DNA of 64,000 nt, taken from an uncultured Spirochaetota bacterium. Its GTDB lineage: Bacteria > Spirochaetota > Spirochaetia > SZUA-6 > Fen-1364. Shown one piece after another: positions 57,912-64,000 of this stretch. The notes below the pieces were generated by a model that made no database searches, was not told the origin of the DNA, and saw only the letters and a program-made list of their open reading frames with translations. The stretch lies in NCBI GenBank assembly GCA_963745235.1, contig CAVUXE010000009.1, positions 64,001 to 128,000 on the forward strand, written 5' to 3'. Position 1 is the stretch's first letter; each line of letters begins with the position of its first letter. The position numbers and the translations under genes were made by a program.

Positions 57912-59576
57912 ATGAGCATCCGCTGGAAAATCATCCTGATCGTTCTTCCTCTCATCGTCGCGACCCTGGGGCTCACCGGGGGCTCCTCGTTTTTCTCCAC
58001 GCGCAACGGCATCACGCGGATCGCCAAGGACTTCCTCGGCTTCAAGGCTGACGAGCTTCGCAAGCAGGCGGAAAGCCAGTGGTCCCTGCTCGTGCAGAAC
58101 AACCTCACCGAAGAGCCGGACATGGTATCCGCGACAAAAGCCGCGGTGGAAGCGTACGCGCGCAGCATTGCCGGCAGCCCCGCCGAGCTGATTGTCGCGG
58201 TGGGGGAGGACGGCGGAGTGGCCATGAGCACGGCCGACGTCAGCCTTTCCCCGTCGGAAAAGACCGCCCTTGCCGGCCTTGCGAAGGCGAGGACCGCTGA
58301 CCTGATCCCCGCCATCAGCATCGGGGGCAGGGACAGGGTGGCCAAGGGCTTCTGGTTCGACCCCTTCAAGTGGTACATCCTGACCACCGAGGACCGGGCA
58401 GCGTTTTACAGCCTCGTCAACCAGATCACCGTCCAGACGGGAATCATTCTCCTGGGCGCCATCGGGGTCGGGGTCCTCCTGGTGCTCCTTTTTGCCGGCT
58501 ACCTCACCCGGCCGCTGACCCGCGTGGCTTCCACCATGAAGGCAATCATCTCCACCAATGATCTCTCCAAGCGCGTGGTGGTGGAGTACCACGACGAGAT
58601 CGGGCAGCTCGCGCAGACTTTCAACCTGATGGTGGCAGAGCTGGAGAAGGCGTACCGGCAGGTGAAGGGGTTCGCCTTCAAAGCGGTGCTGGCCCAGAAG
58701 AAAGAGCAGAAGATCAGGAACATCTTCCAGAAATACGTTCCCAAGGACGTCATCGAGGAGTTCTTCAAGAACCCGGAGAGGATGCTCATTGGTGACAACC
58801 GCATCGTCTCAGTGATGTTCTCTGATATCAGGAGCTTCACATCCATCTCAGAGAAGATGACCCCGGATGACCTGGTCAGCGTTCTCAACAGCTACTTCTC
58901 GCTCATGGTGGACATCATCATGGACCGCCACCATGGAGTGGTGGACAAATACATCGGGGACGCGATCATGGCGATCTTCGGCGCCCCGAAACGCCACGAT
59001 GACGACGGCCTGCAGTCTGTGCTCGCAGGCCTGGACATGATCGAGGCGCTGGACGGGTTCAACGCGCGCCAGGAGAAGCAAGGCAAGCCGCCGTTTCACA
59101 TCGGTGTCGGGATCAACTACGGCGTGGTCACCGTCGGCAACATGGGGACCGAAAAGAAGATGGACTACACGGTGATCGGGGATACGGTCAACCTCGCTTC
59201 ACGTCTGGAAGGGCTCACCAAGCAGTATCATCAACCCCTCATCTTTGCTGAAAGCCTGCTCTCCAAAGTGGAGGGCATTCTCCCCTGGCGGCTTCTCGAC
59301 AGGGTCGCGGTGAAGGGCAAGAAACAGGGAGTGAAGATCTACACCGCGAAAAAGGACACTTCCCCCGCGGAAAAAGAGGCCTGGAGCCTGCACAACGCTG
59401 GAATGGACGCATACTACAAGAGGAGCTTCACCCGGGCCCTGTCCTTGTTCAGGGATGTGCGGCGCTTGCTGCCTCATGATGGTCCCGCCGGCATCTTTAT
59501 CCAGAGCTCTCAGCGGTTCATCAAGAGCCCGCCGCCCCCCGCGTGGGACGGTGTCATCGAGATGACGACCAAATGA
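57912..59576 (+). CDS. Class III adenylate cyclase with extracytoplasmic sensor and HAMP domain
   Basis: Two TM helices, DEIGQLAQTFNLM, FSDIRSFT, VDKYIGDAIMA, DYTVIGDTVNLASRLEG. Confidence 0.92.
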   Translation: MSIRWKIILIVLPLIVATLGLTGGSSFFSTRNGITRIAKDFLGFKADELRKQAESQWSLLVQNNLTEEPDMVSATKAAVEAYARSIAGSPAELIVAVGEDGGVAMSTADVSLSPSEKTALAGLAKARTADLIPAISIGGRDRVAKGFWFDPFKWYILTTEDRAAFYSLVNQITVQTGIILLGAIGVGVLLVLLFAGYLTRPLTRVASTMKAIISTNDLSKRVVVEYHDEIGQLAQTFNLMVAELEKAYRQVKGFAFKAVLAQKKEQKIRNIFQKYVPKDVIEEFFKNPERMLIGDNRIVSVMFSDIRSFTSISEKMTPDDLVSVLNSYFSLMVDIIMDRHHGVVDKYIGDAIMAIFGAPKRHDDDGLQSVLAGLDMIEALDGFNARQEKQGKPPFHIGVGINYGVVTVGNMGTEKKMDYTVIGDTVNLASRLEGLTKQYHQPLIFAESLLSKVEGILPWRLLDRVAVKGKKQGVKIYTAKKDTSPAEKEAWSLHNAGMDAYYKRSFTRALSLFRDVRRLLPHDGPAGIFIQSSQRFIKSPPPPAWDGVIEMTTK

Positions 59577-61846
59577 GAGGCGCCGTGCTCGGCCTTCTCC
59601 GGAAGGCCCATACGATCAGGACGTCCCTGGGACTGCCTCCCGACGGGCGTGACGAGTTTGCTTTTGATCCGGATTCGGGCATTTCAGAAGAGGATCAGAA
59701 GGACGTCCTCCGGCAGATCGAGCGCGTGGCCACCCAGAACCGGATGGATGTGCGGCCCGAAGAGTTTGCCGTCAAGGCGGCCAAGCGTGGGATCCTTTTC
59801 CCCGTGCTCGTGAACCTCGTGGCCGTCATCGCGCTGGTCGGGGGTCTTGGGGCTCTGTACTTCTTCTTCCAGAAAGGGGAAACACAGCTTTCCCGGAGCG
59901 AGACCGGCACCATCACGGCGGAAGGCAAGCTCATCGAGACTTTCAAGAAGGAGTCGGAGGCCAGGCTCCTGGAGAAGAACCAGCAGATCAACCAGATCCA
60001 GGACCGCTTGCAGCAGATCGACAAGCAGCGCCAGGACCTCCAGGCGAACATGGATTCGAAGATCCAGGAGCGGGAAAGTCAGCTCAAGGCTTCCATGGCG
60101 GCCGAGTTGGAGGCGGAGAAGGCCCGGCTCCAGAAGCAGGGGTTGTCTGAAAAAGACATCAACAGCCGCCTGGCAGCTCTGGAGGCTCAGAGGAACGCGG
60201 AATCCTCCCGGCAGCTTGAAGCGTTTCGCGCCCAGGCGGAGACCGACAGGCAGAAGGCGGATGAAAACCTCAAGGCACTCCAGGCGGAGTTCAACTCGAA
60301 CCTGTCCAAGGCCAACCTGGAGCGCCAGCAGGTCCTGGATGAATCGAAGAAGCGCGAGGCGGACCTCCAGGCCCAGCTGGAGCAGAAGACAAAGGAAGCC
60401 GCCTCAACGCAGGCGAGCTCGCAGCAGGCTCTGGCGGCCTTCCAGTCGCAGAAACAGCAGGAAGACCTCGTGGCGGGCCAGCTCGTGGGCCTGTACACCG
60501 TGGTCAAGGCCGACATCTCCGCCAGGGACTACCCCAAGGCGCTTGCGAGCCTGCAGGCCATTCGCGACTACGTCACCCGCGCGGACGTTGCCGTCCTTCC
60601 AGCAATTCAGCAGAGGCAGGACGTCGACCTCTTTGTCGTGGATTCGCTCTCCAGCTACGTGCAGGGCCAGCTTTCCCCGGCGGCCACGGACACAAGCTCA
60701 TTGGTGGCGGCGGCAGGACAGATATCCGAGGTCAGGACCGCGGTCTCCCAGGCGGACACGCAGGCCCGGGCAGGGAATATCGCTGAGGCGGAAGTGCTCT
60801 ACGACAAGGCGCTTGCCGTGATCCCGGAGATTGCAAGGAGCTACGCTTACTTCACGACAAAAGCGCGTGACGCCCAGTCCGCGCGGGAACAGGTCCTCAA
60901 CGCCGGGCTCACCCGCGCCGAAGCCGCCTTTGACGCCGGGCGCTACCCTGACATGCTGGCTGCTTACAAGGATGCTCTGAGCTATCTGCCGGAGACCTCC
61001 GTGAGGCTGGACACAACGCTGTCGAACATCCTTTCCGCGGGGTCCGAGCAGGGCAGGACGCGAACCCTGGCGGATCAGGGGAGGGCCGCCGCTCCCATTC
61101 TGAGCCAGGCGGAGGCAAGTCTTTCCAAGGGAAAGCCGGCGGATGCGTTGTCCCGCTATCTCACCATCCTGGACCGCTACCCGCAGAGCCCGCAGGCCCC
61201 CGCGGCGGTAAAGGGAATCTCGAAGGCAGCCGCCGCGCTGAGCGACAGCGCGGACGCCCGACTGTCTGCGCAGGAGAAAGAGCTCGGAGCGCAGGTTGCC
61301 GCGCTGCAGGGGTCCAAAGACAACGCAGCCGCTTTCCAGAAAAAGATCGATGCGCTTGCCGCCGAGAACCAGAGACTGAAGACAGCCGCGGACAAGGCAG
61401 CCGCCGACGCGGCGGCACGGCAGGCGACGGCGGTCGGGCAGCAATCCGCCCCGGGGTCGTCGCAGGACCTTGCGTCCCTGCGCGCCAGGCTGGCGGCGTT
61501 GAGCAGCGGGTACTCCGCATACACGTCCCGCGAGGACCCACTCCTCAAGGCGCGCGGAGACATGGGCCTCGTGGACACCAAGGCCTATCTGGACGATTTT
61601 CTCGGATCCAAGCCCATGGAAGAGACGTTCCCGGGCCTCTTCGAACGGATCAAGCGATACGATGAGGGCTTCCTGTCCGCGGGCAGGGCAAACGCCATCC
61701 AGGAGGTCCTGGACGTGGTCATAGAGATGTCCAAGCAGGCGACTCCGGACGCGCGCGCGAAGTTTCTCTCGGATGAGCAGAAGGCCTACAGCAGCGACAA
61801 GGACATGACGGACCTCGTGAAGGGGCTGCGGTCCCTCATGAAGTGA
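59573..61846 (+). CDS. Membrane-anchored coiled-coil/TPR protein
   Basis: One TM helix, long Q/E/K coiled coil, TPR-like YPQSPQA; ATGA overlap with the cyclase. Confidence 0.65.
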   Translation: MRGAVLGLLRKAHTIRTSLGLPPDGRDEFAFDPDSGISEEDQKDVLRQIERVATQNRMDVRPEEFAVKAAKRGILFPVLVNLVAVIALVGGLGALYFFFQKGETQLSRSETGTITAEGKLIETFKKESEARLLEKNQQINQIQDRLQQIDKQRQDLQANMDSKIQERESQLKASMAAELEAEKARLQKQGLSEKDINSRLAALEAQRNAESSRQLEAFRAQAETDRQKADENLKALQAEFNSNLSKANLERQQVLDESKKREADLQAQLEQKTKEAASTQASSQQALAAFQSQKQQEDLVAGQLVGLYTVVKADISARDYPKALASLQAIRDYVTRADVAVLPAIQQRQDVDLFVVDSLSSYVQGQLSPAATDTSSLVAAAGQISEVRTAVSQADTQARAGNIAEAEVLYDKALAVIPEIARSYAYFTTKARDAQSAREQVLNAGLTRAEAAFDAGRYPDMLAAYKDALSYLPETSVRLDTTLSNILSAGSEQGRTRTLADQGRAAAPILSQAEASLSKGKPADALSRYLTILDRYPQSPQAPAAVKGISKAAAALSDSADARLSAQEKELGAQVAALQGSKDNAAAFQKKIDALAAENQRLKTAADKAAADAAARQATAVGQQSAPGSSQDLASLRARLAALSSGYSAYTSREDPLLKARGDMGLVDTKAYLDDFLGSKPMEETFPGLFERIKRYDEGFLSAGRANAIQEVLDVVIEMSKQATPDARAKFLSDEQKAYSSDKDMTDLVKGLRSLMK

Positions 61847-61861
61847 GGAGCGCCGGCTCCT

Positions 61862-62959
61862 TCAGTATTTCAGCGAATCGATCTGGCTTGTCGCAATGGA
61901 ATACACGGCGAACGACATGTGGTTGTTGCCGGTCACAATGGGCAGAGAGAAGAAAACGCGCGGGGTGCCGCTGACGTATTCCTCGTAGGCGAGCTGGAGA
62001 TTTCCCATCGGGAAGCTTGCCACCACGTTTCCGTTGGAGTCATAGACCCGCCCGATCCCTCCCTGCGTGGAGAAGAGCTCTCCCGTGGTCAAAAGCGCAT
62101 CTATGCGCGATACAACGCCCGTGAGCTGGGTTTCGTGGAAAACGCCGAGTGCATCCACCCACCATTTCCAGCACTGCCAGGACCCACCCGCGTTGAAGCT
62201 CGCGTAACTGGCCCCGGACGCCGGGTCGTGATAGTACAGCACCCTGACGGCTCCCGCGGCCAGGAAATCCAGGGTTTCCGGCGGCGAGGGGACCACGTAC
62301 GCGAAGCTTGTTGCAATGACACCGGTGGAACTCATGGTCGCCAGGCCCTCCCAGAACTTCCCTCCGGAGTCCCTGATGAGGAAATAGAGCGTGTCTGTGG
62401 CTGCAGCGGACGGAGAGACCGAAACTCCGATGGCGGCGACCGGCGCCGTTCCATAACCCCCGAGCGCGGAGAAGCTGAGCCCGTAGATCAGCGTGTCGCT
62501 CGTTGTTGCAACTTCGGCTTGCACGACCGCGAGTGCAGTGTTCGAAGGATTCGTGGAATCGAACGAAGTGAGCGAGGTAAAGTCTCCCGCTTTCACGGGA
62601 ACAGCGACAGCGGCAGGATAATTGGGGTCCTGGTGATACAGGCTTCCCGGCGCGGAGACAAATGAGGAGTATCCACCGAGGCCGTCAGGCTGCACGAACC
62701 CCAGGAACTCCTGGGAGTTGCCGGGGTCAGTCATGTAGTAGAACCCCCGAGACGCGTCCACGCCGCTCGCGGTCTTCTCGGGGTAGAAGGCCGGCGTGGA
62801 TGAATAAGATCCGGTGGAGTAGTTATTCAGCGGTCCCAGCTGCGATTCCTTTGTCATCTTGCTGAGAATGACCGCCGCGGAGCTGTAGGCCAGGTCGAAC
62901 GGAGGCGCGCACGAAACCAGAAGTGCAATCCCGGCAGCGGCCGCGAAAAGCTTCTTCAT
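61862..62959 (-). CDS. Hypothetical lipoprotein
   Basis: MKKLFAAAAGIALLVSC lipobox; Ser/Thr/Gly-rich beta content. Confidence 0.7.
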   Translation of the reverse strand: MKKLFAAAAGIALLVSCAPPFDLAYSSAAVILSKMTKESQLGPLNNYSTGSYSSTPAFYPEKTASGVDASRGFYYMTDPGNSQEFLGFVQPDGLGGYSSFVSAPGSLYHQDPNYPAAVAVPVKAGDFTSLTSFDSTNPSNTALAVVQAEVATTSDTLIYGLSFSALGGYGTAPVAAIGVSVSPSAAATDTLYFLIRDSGGKFWEGLATMSSTGVIATSFAYVVPSPPETLDFLAAGAVRVLYYHDPASGASYASFNAGGSWQCWKWWVDALGVFHETQLTGVVSRIDALLTTGELFSTQGGIGRVYDSNGNVVASFPMGNLQLAYEEYVSGTPRVFFSLPIVTGNNHMSFAVYSIATSQIDSLKY

Positions 62960-64000
62960 AGCATCCACCGCACGCCGAATCGAATGTTCGCGAAATCGAA
63001 CGCTCCGAAAGAGACCGGCACGTAGCCGAAAGGCACGCCGTTGGGACCAAGAGAATCAACGAAGAGGTCGGTCATTGCGCTCAGATACAACATCGGAACG
63101 TATTCGACGAACAGCCTGCTCCTGCCCGCCAGAGGAAACTCCACGCCGAGGTTCAGCTGCAGCCCGCCCGGAGAGATGGCGTCAAGGTGGGGCGGGAATC
63201 CCGGGATGAGCACGACGCGAAGGAACCCTCCCACCGAGGTGTACCAGCGCAGGAATGCGTCCTCGGGAGACCAGTACGATCCCAGCTGAACGTTCACGTG
63301 GACCAGGGGGAAGCTGTGGAGAAGGGAATCAGGGCTGAAAGCAAGCCCCACGAGGAAGCTCGTGACCCCGACTTTGAGGAATGCCGTGTCCGGGAGCAGG
63401 AAGAATCCGGCATCTCCGCCGATGAAAAGGGCGTTGAAGAAAGAACCCTCCACGGAGAAAGAAGGTCCCGGCTGCTGTGGTATCTGAAGGTCGCGATCCG
63501 TGTCGACGTACAGCTCCATCTGCGCGGGATAATATCCTGCCCGGGTGGCCCGCACATGGTAGAAGGAGGGCGCCTCGAGATTCACCGTTGCCGCCCCATA
63601 CCTGCTCGTGAGCACGGGGCCGCCGGGCAATCCGCTTATCCGCGTGTCCGGGATCGCATGGATCGTCAGCTTTACGGTCCGTCTCACGGCGGGCTGATAC
63701 TTTTCCCTTGCCAGAGAGACGACCATTTCCCAGGACACCCGGGAGACATCCGCGGATGCGAGGTCTTGCACGGCGGAAAAGCCCTGGTCAATGATCGTGC
63801 TCTGCGTCAGCAGATCGAAGGACACGACGTGAATGGCCGGAGAGCCGCGACTTCCCGAGACTGCCACCCAGAGCCAGCTGTCCGCGCCTCGCCGGGCTGC
63901 CTCGTCGTTTCGCGCCGCCGGCGTCGGCGGGAACGCGAACGGTCCGTACTCGATGACCCTGAATCCTGGAAGACCTTCCTGGAGGGACAAGACCAGGGAC
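62956..64000 (-). CDS. Putative outer-membrane protein with PEGA-like domain (5' end outside window)
   Basis: YHVRATRAGYYP PEGA-like motif, C-terminal beta strands ending RFGVRWML. Confidence 0.5.
   Translation of the reverse strand, partial: SLVLSLQEGLPGFRVIEYGPFAFPPTPAARNDEAARRGADSWLWVAVSGSRGSPAIHVVSFDLLTQSTIIDQGFSAVQDLASADVSRVSWEMVVSLAREKYQPAVRRTVKLTIHAIPDTRISGLPGGPVLTSRYGAATVNLEAPSFYHVRATRAGYYPAQMELYVDTDRDLQIPQQPGPSFSVEGSFFNALFIGGDAGFFLLPDTAFLKVGVTSFLVGLAFSPDSLLHSFPLVHVNVQLGSYWSPEDAFLRWYTSVGGFLRVVLIPGFPPHLDAISPGGLQLNLGVEFPLAGRSRLFVEYVPMLYLSAMTDLFVDSLGPNGVPFGYVPVSFGAFDFANIRFGVRWML

Overview
High-GC, origin-proximal chromosomal segment of an anaerobic bacterium, most likely a free-living Spirochaetia. 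This assignment is inferred from tRNA-Arg(GCG), many lipoproteins and TPR proteins, and two class III adenylate cyclases. From left to right the window holds: the gyrA 3' end, a stand-alone LAGLIDADG-like gene beside a parS site, a CNNM-CBS-PTS EIIA fusion, nrdDG, parAB, five tRNAs plus SRP RNA and dnaX-ybaB-recR, a gatC-gatA-gatB::asparaginase-aspS(non-discriminating) operon, a C1/purine cluster (split purH, glyA, AcsE-like, folD), glnS, an MttB-family methyltransferase, a molybdopterin oxidoreductase, a peptide ABC system, marR-wrbA, an MFS exporter and envelope/signalling genes. The most notable signals are: (1) GatB fused to a complete asparaginase/GatD-like fold lacking its nucleophile Thr, inside a one-operon Asn-transamidosome; (2) a LAGLIDADG-like gene whose promoter abuts parS; (3) a 12-codon leader peptide with a four-segment attenuator upstream of a half-MFS-like gene; (4) a small hairpin repeat family in tRNA spacers that also appears inserted in frame into gatA. 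About a dozen single-base frameshifts are probably assembly errors. No CRISPR array, transposase or prophage was seen. All calls are by eye; no searches were run.
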